Shown in pieces: positions 10,128-19,905 of a DNA stretch of 64,000 nt. The position numbers and the translations under genes were made by a program. Source of the stretch: Microcoleus sp. (GTDB lineage Bacteria > Cyanobacteriota > Cyanobacteriia > Cyanobacteriales > Microcoleaceae). The DNA is taken from contig JAYFMW010000020.1 in assembly GCA_042408215.1 (NCBI GenBank), positions 576,001 to 640,000 on the forward strand, in the 5' to 3' direction. The notes below the pieces were generated by a model. That model saw only the letters and a program-made list of their open reading frames with translations, was not told the origin of the DNA and did no database searches. How positions within the stretch are numbered: the first letter of the stretch is position 1; each line of letters begins with the position of its first letter.

Positions 10128-10871
10128 TTGGTAACTATTAAATGTCGGGGCATTACCTTCTCTCATATTCAAGCCGTGATCTTTGACAAAGACGGCACTC
10201 TAGAGGATTCTCAGGAGTTTTTGAGACATTTGGGGATTAAGCGATCGCGCCTCGCAGACGCTCAAATTCCGGGCGTTGGGGAGCCATTACAAATGGCTTT
10301 TGGCATCGAAGGTGGTAAGATTGACCCCACGGGCTTGATGGCAGTCGGTAGTCGCCGGGAAAACGAAATTGTGGCTGCGGGATATATCGCCGAAACTGGC
10401 AGAGGATGGATAGAATCTTTAGCTATTGCTCACCGTGCTTTTGATGAAGCCGACCAAATGTTGAAAAATAGTCCACCTTCTCCTTTATTTGTTGGCAGTT
10501 TGGAAGTGTTGAAATCTCTCTCCGAAGCTGGTTTGAAACTGGGTATTCTTTCGGCGGCTACGACAAAAGCAGTACAAGATTTTGTTAAAACTTACCAATT
10601 AAGTGACTACATTCAGTTAGAAATGGGTGTGGATTCTGTGCATCTCAATAAACCAGATCCCAAACTATTTTTGCTGGCTTGTCAGCAACTAGGGGTAGCT
10701 CCCGCAGCAACTTTGATGGTGGGAGATTCGGCCGGTGATATTCAGATGGGTAGAAATGCTGGTGCGGCGGGCTGTATTGGGATTTGTTGGGGTAAACCGG
10801 AAGTTAGTCATTTGGAAAAGGCTGATGTGGCGATCGCATCTTTGGATGAAATCCAAATTGTAACAGATTGA
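10128..10871 (+). CDS. HAD-superfamily hydrolase (phosphoglycolate phosphatase-like)
   Basis: Motifs IFDKDGTL, KPDP and MVGDSAGD. Confidence 0.9.
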   Translation: MVTIKCRGITFSHIQAVIFDKDGTLEDSQEFLRHLGIKRSRLADAQIPGVGEPLQMAFGIEGGKIDPTGLMAVGSRRENEIVAAGYIAETGRGWIESLAIAHRAFDEADQMLKNSPPSPLFVGSLEVLKSLSEAGLKLGILSAATTKAVQDFVKTYQLSDYIQLEMGVDSVHLNKPDPKLFLLACQQLGVAPAATLMVGDSAGDIQMGRNAGAAGCIGICWGKPEVSHLEKADVAIASLDEIQIVTD

Positions 10872-10922
10872 GTCGCTCTGGCGGTTTTGCAGCGCTCAAC
10901 CCGTCCCTACCAAATATAATTG

Positions 10923-11420
10923 CTATACTGCCTTCAAATGCAGGCCGACAATTACTACATCTCTTTCAACCCCGTCGAGTTCGGCGACTTTTGGCAGATA
11001 TCCCCAAGGCTGGAAGCCAAATTTATCGAATAATTTTAAACTGGGCTGATTGTGAGCAAAAATTATGCCGATTAAGGTTTTAATGCCTAATTCTGGACTT
11101 CGCCGAATTGCTAATTCCAAAAATTTGTGCCCAACTCCGCAGCATTGGCGATCGGGCGTGACGTAGATGCTAACTTCTGTTGTATGCTGATAGGCTGCGC
11201 GTCCGTAGAAAAGCTGAAAACTCAGCCATCCAATGATATTTTGTTCTGATTCCATTACCCAAATGGGTAAGGAATTGGGTGAGTGTTCTCTGTACCAAGC
11301 GAGACGACTTTCGACTGAGACGGGTTCTAAATCTGCTGTAGCCATTCTGCCCGGAATTGCTGAATTGTATATTTCGACAATTGCTGGCAAATCGCTTTCA
11401 ACTGCATCGCGGATTTTCAT
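10923..11420 (-). CDS. GNAT N-acetyltransferase (phosphinothricin/methionine-sulfoximine acetyltransferase-like)
   Basis: IRDA..DLPAIVEIYN, EVSIYV, NQPSLKLF..FGF motifs. Confidence 0.9.
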   Translation of the reverse strand: MKIRDAVESDLPAIVEIYNSAIPGRMATADLEPVSVESRLAWYREHSPNSLPIWVMESEQNIIGWLSFQLFYGRAAYQHTTEVSIYVTPDRQCCGVGHKFLELAIRRSPELGIKTLIGIIFAHNQPSLKLFDKFGFQPWGYLPKVAELDGVERDVVIVGLHLKAV

Positions 11421-11430
11421 AGTTTGGTTG

Positions 11431-11700
11431 ACTGTTGGCTGTTGACAGTTAACAGTTAACTGTTAACTGTTAACTAATGACTGTTAACAGTCAACTGTCA
11501 ACTGTTAACTGTTAACTGTTAACTAATGACTAATGACTAATAACTAATGACTAATAACTAATGACTAATGACTAATCACTAATGACTAATCACTAATGAC
11601 TAATCACTAATGACTAATCACTAATCACTAATGACTAATCACTAATGACTAATCACTAATCACTAATGACTAATGACTAATGACTAATGACTAATGACTA
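11431..11700. repeat. STRR heptamer tracts (ACTGTTA, GACTAAT/CACTAAT)
   Basis: Dozens of tandem 7-mers; the tsaD stop codon lies inside the tract. Confidence 0.9.
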
Positions 11701-12764
11701 TTATACAGTTGCATCACATCGCTAATCGCCATTCTCGAATGTGCTCCTAAAGTTAATCGCGAAGTGTGTCCTTGCTGCAAGTGTTCGGCGGCTGCACAGG
11801 CGATCATTGCTGCGTTGTCGGTGCAATATTTTAAGGGCGGAAACAATACTCGCAGATTGTGTTTGGCTGCTGCGGTTTGTAAGTGCTGTCGTAATCCGCT
11901 GTTAGCCGCCACTCCGCCGCCGATCGCAATAGTGTTGAGTCCCAGATTGACTGCACAGGCGATCGCCCTTTTTGTTAAACTCTTAGCTACAGTCTCTTGA
12001 AAGCTGGCCGCTATATCATTAATTACAGATTCAGGCAAGATGCCTTCGCTACCAAAACTATTATTTTCTTTCTTGAGTTTCTGCACTAATTGCAAAACTG
12101 CTGTTTTCAAGCCACTAAAACTGCTGTCATAGGGATGATAGCCACCTTCGGGTAGCGAAATTCTGCCCTCTGGCAACCTAAAAGCTGTAGGATTGCCCAC
12201 TGTTGCCAATTTGTCAATCAGTGGCCCGCCGGGATAGCCTAGCTGCAACAGTCTCGCGATTTTATCAAAAGCTTCCCCCGCTGCGTCGTCGCGAGTTTGT
12301 CCTACTGTTTCGTAAACGCCACAATCTTTGACGTGAATTAAGCTGGTGTGTCCCCCAGAAACTAACAGACACAAAAACGGCGGCTGCAAGTCTGGTTCGG
12401 TAAGGTAAGAGGCGTAGATGTGGCCTTCGAGGTGGTGTACGCCTAAAAAGGGTTTTTGGTGGACGATTGCCAAGGTTTTGGCCGCCGTCAGCCCGACTAA
12501 TAACGCACCCACTAAACCGGGGGCACAGGTGGCTGCAATCCCGTCAATTTCTGACCAAGTGAGATTTGCCTCCGCAAGACACTGGGCAATTACCTGATTT
12601 AGCATTTCTAAGTGACTCCGCGAAGCCACTTCTGGAACCACCCCGCCGAACTGCTGGTGGATCTTAATTTGTGATGCTACAACATTGCTGCAAACTTGAC
12701 GATTCTTAACAATTGCTGCGGCAGTTTCGTCACAACTTGTTTCAATTGCGAAAACGGTTGCCAT
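11691..12764 (-). CDS. tsaD: tRNA N6-adenosine threonylcarbamoyltransferase
   Basis: [32 protein letters not shown] and TDNAAMIA motifs. Confidence 0.97.
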   Translation of the reverse strand: MATVFAIETSCDETAAAIVKNRQVCSNVVASQIKIHQQFGGVVPEVASRSHLEMLNQVIAQCLAEANLTWSEIDGIAATCAPGLVGALLVGLTAAKTLAIVHQKPFLGVHHLEGHIYASYLTEPDLQPPFLCLLVSGGHTSLIHVKDCGVYETVGQTRDDAAGEAFDKIARLLQLGYPGGPLIDKLATVGNPTAFRLPEGRISLPEGGYHPYDSSFSGLKTAVLQLVQKLKKENNSFGSEGILPESVINDIAASFQETVAKSLTKRAIACAVNLGLNTIAIGGGVAANSGLRQHLQTAAAKHNLRVLFPPLKYCTDNAAMIACAAAEHLQQGHTSRLTLGAHSRMAISDVMQLYNSH

Positions 12765-12899
12765 TAACTGGTAATTTAATTTGATAGGTTGGCTATTGCT
12801 AGCTTAAACTGTCAACAGAGCAGTAATCTGGATGACCGATCAGCAAGTTGAAATGCTTGTACAAAAACTTATTGTTTTGTAACAAAAGGAAACAATTTC

Positions 12900-13388
12900 A
12901 TGCGACGATTGTTTGCTGCGATTTTAGTGGTCAGTCTTTGGATCAGTTTTGCTCCTGTAGCTTCGGCTTACAATCTAGTGCCGTGCAAGGACTCTCCCGC
13001 GTTCAAGGAACTGGCTAAAGATGCCCGTTCTACCAATGGCGACCCGGCATCAGCCAAAGCCAGATTCGACCGTTATTCCGAAGCTTTGTGTGGCCCGGAA
13101 GGATATCCTCACTTGATTGTGGATGGCAATTTGAGTTACGCCGGCGACTTTTTGATTCCCAGCGTGCTGTTTTTGTATATTGCTGGCTGGATTGGTTGGG
13201 TGGGCCGCTCTTACCTGCAAGCAGCCAAAAAATCTGACTCTCCAGAGGAAAAAGAGATTATTATCGATGTTCCTTTGGCAGTCAAATTTATGCTGAGTGG
13301 CTTTTTGTGGCCTCTGGCAGCTCTCAAGGAAATCACCACTGGTGAAATGTTTGCTAAAGACGACGAAATTACCGTTTCGCCGCGCTAG
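12900..13388 (+). CDS. psaF: Photosystem I subunit III
   Basis: Signal peptide, [43 protein letters not shown]. Confidence 0.98.
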   Translation: MRRLFAAILVVSLWISFAPVASAYNLVPCKDSPAFKELAKDARSTNGDPASAKARFDRYSEALCGPEGYPHLIVDGNLSYAGDFLIPSVLFLYIAGWIGWVGRSYLQAAKKSDSPEEKEIIIDVPLAVKFMLSGFLWPLAALKEITTGEMFAKDDEITVSPR

Positions 13389-13512
13389 TAATTTGGGATT
13401 TTAGATTTGAGATTTTAGCTGGGAAAGCAAAGACCTATTCTAAAATCCTCAATCTAAAATCTGTTCTGGCATTTTTTTTTAAAGTTGTCTAAACTTTCGA
13501 GGAGCAGTATTT

Positions 13513-13641
13513 ATGCAATACTTTCTGAAGTATCTTTCGACCGCACCAGTATTGGCAGCAGCTTGGATGGTGGTAACGGCGGGAATTTTGATCGAGTTCA
13601 ACCGCTTTTACCCTGACTTGCTTTTCCATCCACTTCGCTAA
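13513..13641 (+). CDS. psaJ: Photosystem I subunit IX
   Basis: Translated by hand: [51 protein letters not shown]; absent from the ORF track. Confidence 0.97.
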   Translation: MQYFLKYLSTAPVLAAAWMVVTAGILIEFNRFYPDLLFHPLR

Positions 13642-13754
13642 AGTTTCAGCGAATTTAGGTGGCAAAACCTAGGTCAAAAAAGTTGAGAGTTTTGAATTTT
13701 TGAGCTGTGATTTATCAAGTTATTTCAAAGCTCAAATATCAAAACTCTCAAATC

Positions 13755-13915
13755 AGGGAATAGGGAATAGGGAATAGGGAATAGGGAATAGGGCATACCT
13801 CACTTTCTTGAGAACCTCTATAATGACCAATGACCAATGACTAATGACCAATGACTAATGACTACTGACTACTGACTAATAACTACTGACTACTAACTAC
13901 TAACTACTGACTACT
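13755..13915. repeat. STRR tracts (AGGGAAT, GACCAAT/GACTACT)
   Basis: Tandem 7-mers. Confidence 0.85.
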
Positions 13916-13922
13916 TGTATCG

Positions 13923-14735
13923 ATGAAGTCTTATCTCGCCGCAGCAATTCAAATGACTAGCTTGCCTGACCTGCAAAAAAATTTGGTTCAGGCAGAGGAA
14001 TTAATCGACCTGGCAGTGCGTCAAGGTGCTGAGTTAGTTTGTTTACCAGAAAATTTCCCGTTTATGGGAGAAGAGGAGGAAAAGATTGCTGCTTCAGAAG
14101 CGATCTGGCAGCAAAGTGAAAAATTCCTCAAAACTATGGCCCAGCGCTTCCAGGTAACGATTCTGGGTGGCGGATTTCCGGTGCCGACGGAGGGTGGCAA
14201 GGTATACAATACTTGTTTGTTAGTAGATCCGAACGGCAGGGAGTTGGCAAGGTACGAAAAAGTACATTTGTTTGATGTGAATGTGCCCGATGGGATTACT
14301 TATCGGGAATCTAGCACTGTGAAGGCGGGTGAAGATTTGCCGCCGGTTTATGCGTCGCCGGAGTTGGGTACTCTGGGGCTTTCGGTGTGCTATGATGTGC
14401 GGTTCCCGGAATTGTACAGGCATTTGTCCCAGAAGGGTGCGGATGTTTTGTTTGTGCCGGCGGCTTTTACGGCTTACACTGGCAAGGATCATTGGAAGGT
14501 TTTGTTGCAAGCTAGGGCGATCGAAAATACTTGTTACACGATCGCCCCGGCACAGACTGGACACCACTACGGCCGCCGTCAAACTCACGGTCACGCGATG
14601 ATTATCGACCCTTGGGGTGTGGTTTTGGCCGATGCCGGGGATGCACCCGGTGTGGCGATCGCCGAAATTAATCCCGATCGACTAGAACAAGTCCGCCGCC
14701 AAATGCCCTCGCTGCAACATCGGGTTTTTCTCTGA
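13923..14735 (+). CDS. Carbon-nitrogen hydrolase (Nit1 / deaminated-glutathione amidase-like)
   Basis: Catalytic E-K-C in LPENF, YEKVHLFD and VCYDVRFPE; LQARAIEN motif. Confidence 0.92.
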   Translation: MKSYLAAAIQMTSLPDLQKNLVQAEELIDLAVRQGAELVCLPENFPFMGEEEEKIAASEAIWQQSEKFLKTMAQRFQVTILGGGFPVPTEGGKVYNTCLLVDPNGRELARYEKVHLFDVNVPDGITYRESSTVKAGEDLPPVYASPELGTLGLSVCYDVRFPELYRHLSQKGADVLFVPAAFTAYTGKDHWKVLLQARAIENTCYTIAPAQTGHHYGRRQTHGHAMIIDPWGVVLADAGDAPGVAIAEINPDRLEQVRRQMPSLQHRVFL

Positions 14736-14987
14736 AGGCATTTTGAGACCAATTGGTCTCAAAATTTCAGTTTCAGTCAGGGACAAGACCTGAATAATTT
14801 TAATTCGGTCGAGGATTTGTGTACGTTCGTACACAAATTTTCAGTTGTCGCGAGTGCCGACAGGGCGCGCTCTTACCCGCCCGTACAACATAATATATTG
14901 TGTAAGGCAGGTTCAATGAGCGTGCAGTTCTGCTAAAAGCGGAATTGGCGAAAGTAGAATTGCACGAAATGCGTCTTTTTTGGAGAA

Positions 14988-15506
14988 ATGAAACACACTC
15001 TTTCGGTTTTAGTTGAAGATGAAGCGGGTGTCCTCACCCGAATTGCTGGTTTGTTTGCCCGTCGGGGTTTTAATATTGAAAGTCTGGCTGTAGGCCCGGC
15101 AGAGCAAGTGGGAGTGTCTCGGATTACTATGGTTGTGCCGGGAGATGACCAAATTATTGAGCAGTTGACTAAGCAACTGTACAAGTTGATTAATGTGCTC
15201 AAAGTGCAGGATATAACGGAAATTCCTTGTGTGGAACGGGAATTGATGTTGTTGAAAGTTAATGCTGCTAGCGCGACGCGATCGGAGGTAATTGAGTTAG
15301 CTCAAATTTTCCGAGCACGAGTGGTGGATATTGGTGATGATACCCTGACATTGGAAGTAGTGGGAGATCCGGGTAAAATGGTGGCGATCGTTCAGGTTTT
15401 GAATAGATTTGGTATCAAGGAAATTGCTCGGACTGGGAAAATTGCTATGACGCGGGAGTCGGGAGTAAATACTGAGTTTCTCAAGTCTTTGGAAGCGAAA
15501 GTTTAA
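14988..15506 (+). CDS. ilvN: Acetolactate synthase small (regulatory) subunit
   Basis: [36 protein letters not shown] domain. Confidence 0.97.
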   Translation: MKHTLSVLVEDEAGVLTRIAGLFARRGFNIESLAVGPAEQVGVSRITMVVPGDDQIIEQLTKQLYKLINVLKVQDITEIPCVERELMLLKVNAASATRSEVIELAQIFRARVVDIGDDTLTLEVVGDPGKMVAIVQVLNRFGIKEIARTGKIAMTRESGVNTEFLKSLEAKV

Positions 15507-15538
15507 AGACGAAGGAAGTTCGGCAACGGATTCGCTCC

Positions 15539-15720
15539 ACGGATGTAACGGATGTAACGGATGTAACGGATGTAACGGATGTAACGGATGTAACGGAGTG
15601 TCAGGAAGAGGGAAGAGGGAAGAAGGAAGAGGGAAAAAGGAAGAAAAATAATTCAACTTTTTTAATTTACCAATGCCCGATGCCCAATGCCCGATTCCCG
15701 ATTCCCGATTCCCGATTCCC
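15539..15720. repeat. 9-mer ACGGATGTA tandem repeat followed by purine-rich and CCCGATT heptamer tracts
   Basis: About six copies of the 9-mer; a related ACGGATTTA run lies at ~55900-55940. Confidence 0.85.
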
Positions 15721-15736
15721 AATGACTACTAACAAA

Positions 15737-16488
15737 TTACCATTCTGGTTTAGTTGCTACTAACATCGTTGCGGAAAGGCTATCTATCGGTTTTGAAAAA
15801 AAGTCTCCCTGTCCGTATTCGCATTGCAGCGATCTGAGCAAATTAAGTTGTTCGATTGTTTCTATGCCTTCTGCAATTACCGAAAAACGAACCAAAGCCC
15901 CTGGCTTTAGACATGGGGATGTAGGTGATTAGCGGCTTTAGCCGCCTTGAGTTTGATAAAATCAAGAAGTGATTAAGAACAATTGTCTACGTGTTGAAGT
16001 ATTCTAGTCTCGGTGAGATTCCGGCACAGTAAGTCACTACTGCCAATGGCAGCAAGCCTATACAACTGACAAGCAATATCAGAATACGGAGCGTACCTAT
16101 CTGGCTAGTGATGAACTCTGAAAGCAAAAAACTCAAAAAGTAAGCCCAATTGCAGCACCGCCAGGTAGTTGTTTTGAGGGTCTAGAGGGATACTTGAATG
16201 TCCCACTGTCGCCTTTTGGTTGGCAGGAATCCCCTAGCTTCTAGCTATGGGGAGGTTCAAATTCATGCCTAAATGACCGGCTAAAATTAAAATTGTTTGT
16301 ACAATAGCTTCATTTCCTTCATCCTCGGCCATCCGGCTTCCCTTAGCCCGATCGATTTTTACTTGCGATCAAAGAGTGTCAGTTGGGAAAGTGTGCAGCC
16401 GGCTCAATGGAGAATAGCCAGTGCCGAAATCATCAATATATAATTGAATTTCTAAATTTCTCAATTGGGCGAGGACAGTCGTCACGGA
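15737..16488 (-). pseudogene. EAL (c-di-GMP phosphodiesterase) domain relic, 5'-truncated and split by an IS605 mini-element
   Basis: Reads QLYIDDFGTGYS..LHTFPTDTL*SQVKIDR...LGMN|VIAEGIETIEQLNLLRSLQCEYGQGDFFSKP; has an in-frame TGA and an insertion at 15881-16260. Confidence 0.85.
15881..16260 (+). mobile_element. Non-autonomous IS200/IS605 mini-element (380 bp, no ORF)
   Basis: TTAC|...AAAG-CCCCTG..CATGGGG left end; GAAT-CCCCTAGC..GCTATGGGG-AGGT-TCAA| right end; no target duplication; excision restores the G-M-N-V-I-A-E-G frame. Confidence 0.9.
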
Positions 16489-16547
16489 GCAGTAACGCAT
16501 ACAAGGTAGGATTTGAGGTAAAGTCAATAATACAGTGAACACTGACT

Positions 16548-17561
16548 ATGAAAGCGATCGCCCATTTTACGCCCGGAAGTCCAGAAGTCCTGCAACTGCA
16601 AGATCTCCCAGACCCTACTATACAAAAAGAAACCGATGTTTTGGTGAAGCTGCGGGCTGCGGGAGTCAATCCCATCGATACTAAGTTGCGGGCGCGGGGT
16701 ACTTTTTATCCCGATCGAAGTCCTCATGTTTTGGGGTGTGACGGTGCTGGAGTCGTAGAGGCTGTAGGTGCTGCTGTGCAACGTTTCCAAGTTGGGGACG
16801 AGGTTTTTTTCTGCAATGGCGGTTTAGGTGGTTCGATCGGTACTTATGCAGAGTTAGCGGTTGTAGACGAGAGATTTCTCGCCCATAAGCCTGCTGCTTT
16901 AAGTTTTGCTGAGGCGGCGGCGGCACCGTTAGTCTTAATTACAGCATGGGAATCGCTGTACGATCGAGGACAATTGCGAGCCGGTGAGGTGTTATCAAAG
17001 AAAGTGTTGATCCAAGCTGGTGCCGGCGGTGTCGGCCACGTCGCGATCCAGTTGGCAAAATTACAAGGTGCGGAAGTTTGCACTACCGTTAGTACAGCAG
17101 AAAAAGCCGAATTTGTCAAGCAATTAGGTGCAGATTTAGTTATTTTCTACAAAAATACCGATGTTGTCGATCGAGTTTTGACTTGGACTGGGGGAGAAGG
17201 AGTTGACTTGGCTTTTGATACAGTCGGGGGAGAAACTTTCTACAAAACGATTCCGGCTATCAAGATTTATGGAGATTTGGTGACAATTTTGGAACCAGAT
17301 CCCGCTTTGGGCAATTTGAAAACAGCGAGAATGCGAAATCTGCGAATTAGTTTGGAATTGATGTTAACACCGATGCTGGAAGGTTTGGTGTCAGCACAGG
17401 AACATCAGGCTGATATCTTGCAGCAATGTGCTAGTTTGTGCGATCGCAATTTGCTAAAAATTCACGTCAGCCAAACCTTCCCCCTAGAACAAGCCCAAGC
17501 CGCCCACGAACTATTAGAAGCCGGTTCGGTAACAGGAAAAATTGTGTTGCTGATTTCCTGA
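16548..17561 (+). CDS. MDR-family NADPH:quinone oxidoreductase / zinc-binding dehydrogenase-like protein
   Basis: AGVNPIDTK, LGCDGAGVV, AGAGGVG and GKIVL motifs. Confidence 0.92.
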   Translation: MKAIAHFTPGSPEVLQLQDLPDPTIQKETDVLVKLRAAGVNPIDTKLRARGTFYPDRSPHVLGCDGAGVVEAVGAAVQRFQVGDEVFFCNGGLGGSIGTYAELAVVDERFLAHKPAALSFAEAAAAPLVLITAWESLYDRGQLRAGEVLSKKVLIQAGAGGVGHVAIQLAKLQGAEVCTTVSTAEKAEFVKQLGADLVIFYKNTDVVDRVLTWTGGEGVDLAFDTVGGETFYKTIPAIKIYGDLVTILEPDPALGNLKTARMRNLRISLELMLTPMLEGLVSAQEHQADILQQCASLCDRNLLKIHVSQTFPLEQAQAAHELLEAGSVTGKIVLLIS

Positions 17562-17672
17562 ATTGAAAATTTCAAATCCCATGACTGTTAGAGCCCCGAT
17601 TTCTTAAAGAAGTCGGGGCTCTGGGTATGCTGTTTTTGAGGTCAGCTTACTTAATAGCCGGAGTTGATGATA

Positions 17673-18914
17673 TCAAGTCGTGTATTCCGCATTAATTTTC
17701 ACATAGTCGTAACTCAAATCGCACCCCCAAGCCTTAGCAAAACCCGCGCCATTTCCAACACTAACCTGAATTAAAACCGTGTCTTCCTTCAAATATTCTC
17801 CCTCCGCCGCCGCTTTCAGATAATTACTCGCAGCAGATTTATCGAAGGGTAAAGGTTGGCCATTTTCCATCATCAAAAAATCTCCCAATTGAATCCGCAA
17901 ATTCTCCTGTTCAAACGGTACGCCCGCACGCCCAGCCGCCGCTGCAATTCTTCCCCAATTCGGATCGCGTCCAAAAATAGCAGCTTTCACCAAAGAAGAA
18001 CCGACAATTGTTTTGGCAATTTTACTCGCAGAAACTTCGTCCGGCGCGCCGCTAACTTGCACTTCAACCAAACAAGTTGCACCTTCGCCGTCGCGGGCGA
18101 TCGCCTTGGCTAAATGCACACAAACTTCTGTTAGCATTGCTTCTAATTTGTCTGCTTCTGGCCCTTTTTCGGTAATTGCGGGTGTGCGAGATTGTCCGTT
18201 TGCTAAAGCAATTAGCGAATCATTGGTACTGGTATCGCCGTCAACAGTAATTTGATTGAAACTTCTGTTAGCTGCACGACTCAGCATTTCTTGCCACAAA
18301 TGTGACGATACTGCTGCATCACAAGTTACAAATGCTAGCATTGTTGCCATATTCGGGTGTATCATTCCCGAACCTTTGCAAATGCCGCCGATACGCACGG
18401 GCCGATCGCCAAACATGGTTTCCAGGGCGATCGTTTTTGGGACTAAATCTGTGGTGCAAATAGCTTTAGCAGCCGCGTCAGAACCAGTTTCTGAAGCCGC
18501 AGCAACTAATGCAGGAATTCCCGCCCTCAACGGTTCCATCTTAATCCGCTGTCCGATTACCCCAGTGGAGGCTAAAAGAATAGATTCTGGAGGAATATTC
18601 AGGGCTTCACCCAACAATTTGGCGCATTCGAGGGCGTCAGCCAAACCTTGAGCGCCGGTGGCGGCATTAGCTTGTCCGGCGTTGCACAAAATGGCTTTAG
18701 CACTTGGTTTGGTTTGCAGCCGAGTGCGGCAGTAGTCCACACAAGCGGCCCGGACAGTGGATGTAGTGAAGACTCCGGCTGCGATCGCGTCTACTTCTGA
18801 CACAATCAAAGTTAAATCCGGCAAGCCTGAAGGCTTTAAACCCGCTGTAATTCCTGATGCTCGATATCCTCTCGGTGCTGTAACTCCACCGCTAATTACT
18901 TGCCAGTCGGACAT
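17673..18914 (-). CDS. argJ: Bifunctional ornithine acetyltransferase / N-acetylglutamate synthase
   Basis: KGSGMIHPNMATML autocleavage motif, DGDTSTND, DGEGAT, INAEYTT. Confidence 0.98.
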   Translation of the reverse strand: MSDWQVISGGVTAPRGYRASGITAGLKPSGLPDLTLIVSEVDAIAAGVFTTSTVRAACVDYCRTRLQTKPSAKAILCNAGQANAATGAQGLADALECAKLLGEALNIPPESILLASTGVIGQRIKMEPLRAGIPALVAAASETGSDAAAKAICTTDLVPKTIALETMFGDRPVRIGGICKGSGMIHPNMATMLAFVTCDAAVSSHLWQEMLSRAANRSFNQITVDGDTSTNDSLIALANGQSRTPAITEKGPEADKLEAMLTEVCVHLAKAIARDGEGATCLVEVQVSGAPDEVSASKIAKTIVGSSLVKAAIFGRDPNWGRIAAAAGRAGVPFEQENLRIQLGDFLMMENGQPLPFDKSAASNYLKAAAEGEYLKEDTVLIQVSVGNGAGFAKAWGCDLSYDYVKINAEYTT

Positions 18915-19028
18915 GATGACCTCCCTAAAAGCTTTCTATTCTGCTGAAAGGGGGATTATATCATTTTAGATTTTAGATTTTAGATTTTAGATTGTAAATA
19001 TTGTATTTAAGCAACTCAATAAAATTAA

Positions 19029-19072
19029 TCGCGACTTTTTCTTGAGAGATCGAACTCAAGAAGAAGTCGCGA
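19029..19072. terminator. Long hairpin downstream of the gif pair (probable terminator)
   Basis: TCGCGACTTTTTCTTGAG...CTCAAGAAGAAGTCGCGA inverted repeat. Confidence 0.5.
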
Positions 19073-19152
19073 CAATTTTGTAACTGGCATGATTAATTTT
19101 TAGCGGGCATTCAACAAAGTAGATTTAACTGTCTCGCCATTGAAAAAACGAG

Positions 19153-19293
19153 TTATTTGCGATCGCCTAGTGCCTGTGCACTCAGATCTAAACCAACTTC
19201 AGCAGCCACGCGGCTTAGTAGAGATTGCTGGCGATTCAGAACTCGGTTGTGGTGGCGCATCATCAGGCTGCGGGCTTGTTCTTGAGCTGACAT
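19153..19293 (-). CDS. Short (46 aa) glutamine synthetase inactivating factor paralog, IF7-like
   Basis: Translated by hand: MSAQEQARSLMMRHHNRVLNRQQSLLSRVAAEVGLDLSAQALGDRK*; GGAG RBS; clearly paralogous to the upstream gifA. Confidence 0.85.
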   Translation of the reverse strand: MSAQEQARSLMMRHHNRVLNRQQSLLSRVAAEVGLDLSAQALGDRK

Positions 19294-19353
19294 AACTTGT
19301 TTCTCCAAATGTAGGTATTAAGTTTGCGGGCAATTGGGGAAATTGAGCTGCCC

Positions 19354-19548
19354 TTAGCTCATGGCGGCATTGCTGCGATCGTAACTTGCTTGAAAGCTGG
19401 GCTGCGGCTTGCCTTGAATATGACCCCAGTAGTTAGCATCTTCCATACCAACTTCGGCGGCGCTGCGGTTGAGCATAGATTGCTGCCGGTTCTTGACGAG
19501 TTGGTGGTGGCGCATCATCAGAGAGCGAGCTTGGTTTTCGGTACACAT
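19354..19548 (-). CDS. gifA: Glutamine synthetase inactivating factor IF7
   Basis: QARSLMMRHHQLVKNRQQSMLNRSAAEVG...WGHIQGKP...YDRSNAAMS matches IF7; NtcA box upstream. Confidence 0.93.
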   Translation of the reverse strand: MCTENQARSLMMRHHQLVKNRQQSMLNRSAAEVGMEDANYWGHIQGKPQPSFQASYDRSNAAMS

Positions 19549-19606
19549 ATTCGGTTCCTCCGTATTCCTTGACTAAGGTTGAGCTGTGTTTCTGTTCCTA
19601 CTATTC

Positions 19607-19638
19607 AATATAACAGACAATTCTGTATCTAAAGCTAC
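19607..19638 (-). promoter_or_regulatory. gifA promoter: NtcA box in repressor position plus -10 element
   Basis: GTA-TCTAAAGC-TAC at 19625-19638 (extended palindrome TTCTGTA...TACAGAA); TATATT on the minus strand at 19607-19612, only 12 nt away. Confidence 0.8.
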
Positions 19639-19674
19639 AGAATCAAATTTTGTAACAAAGCTTTATATTTGCTA

Positions 19675-19905
19675 GAGCTCCCCGAGTAACCCATAATTGG
19701 AGTGAATCGGAATAAATCCCAAGGTTCCAATTAGGGTTCACTTTTTCGACTCCTCTGTAGTCGCTTCCTTCAGCTTGTGGGACTCGCCCAACCAAATAGA
19801 GCGTAGTGAAGTAGGAATCTTTAGGCAGTTTACCCAAGCCTCGTACAATCAAAGTGGAGTCGCTAAACACCGTTCTAGTTTGATTGCACACCTAAAGCAT
19901 TACTA
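19675..19905 (-). ncRNA. Putative omegaRNA-like structured RNA downstream of the atypical tnpB
   Basis: Nested stems 19891-97/19819-25 and 19879-89/19843-53, long-range pairing 19856-62/19747-53, and terminal stem 19726-38/19688-701. Confidence 0.6.

Noticed and set aside
19294..19606. Glutamine (glnA-type) riboswitch before the gif genes
   Set aside because: No recognisable aptamer by eye; the leaders are short, and that riboswitch is known for gifB rather than gifA.
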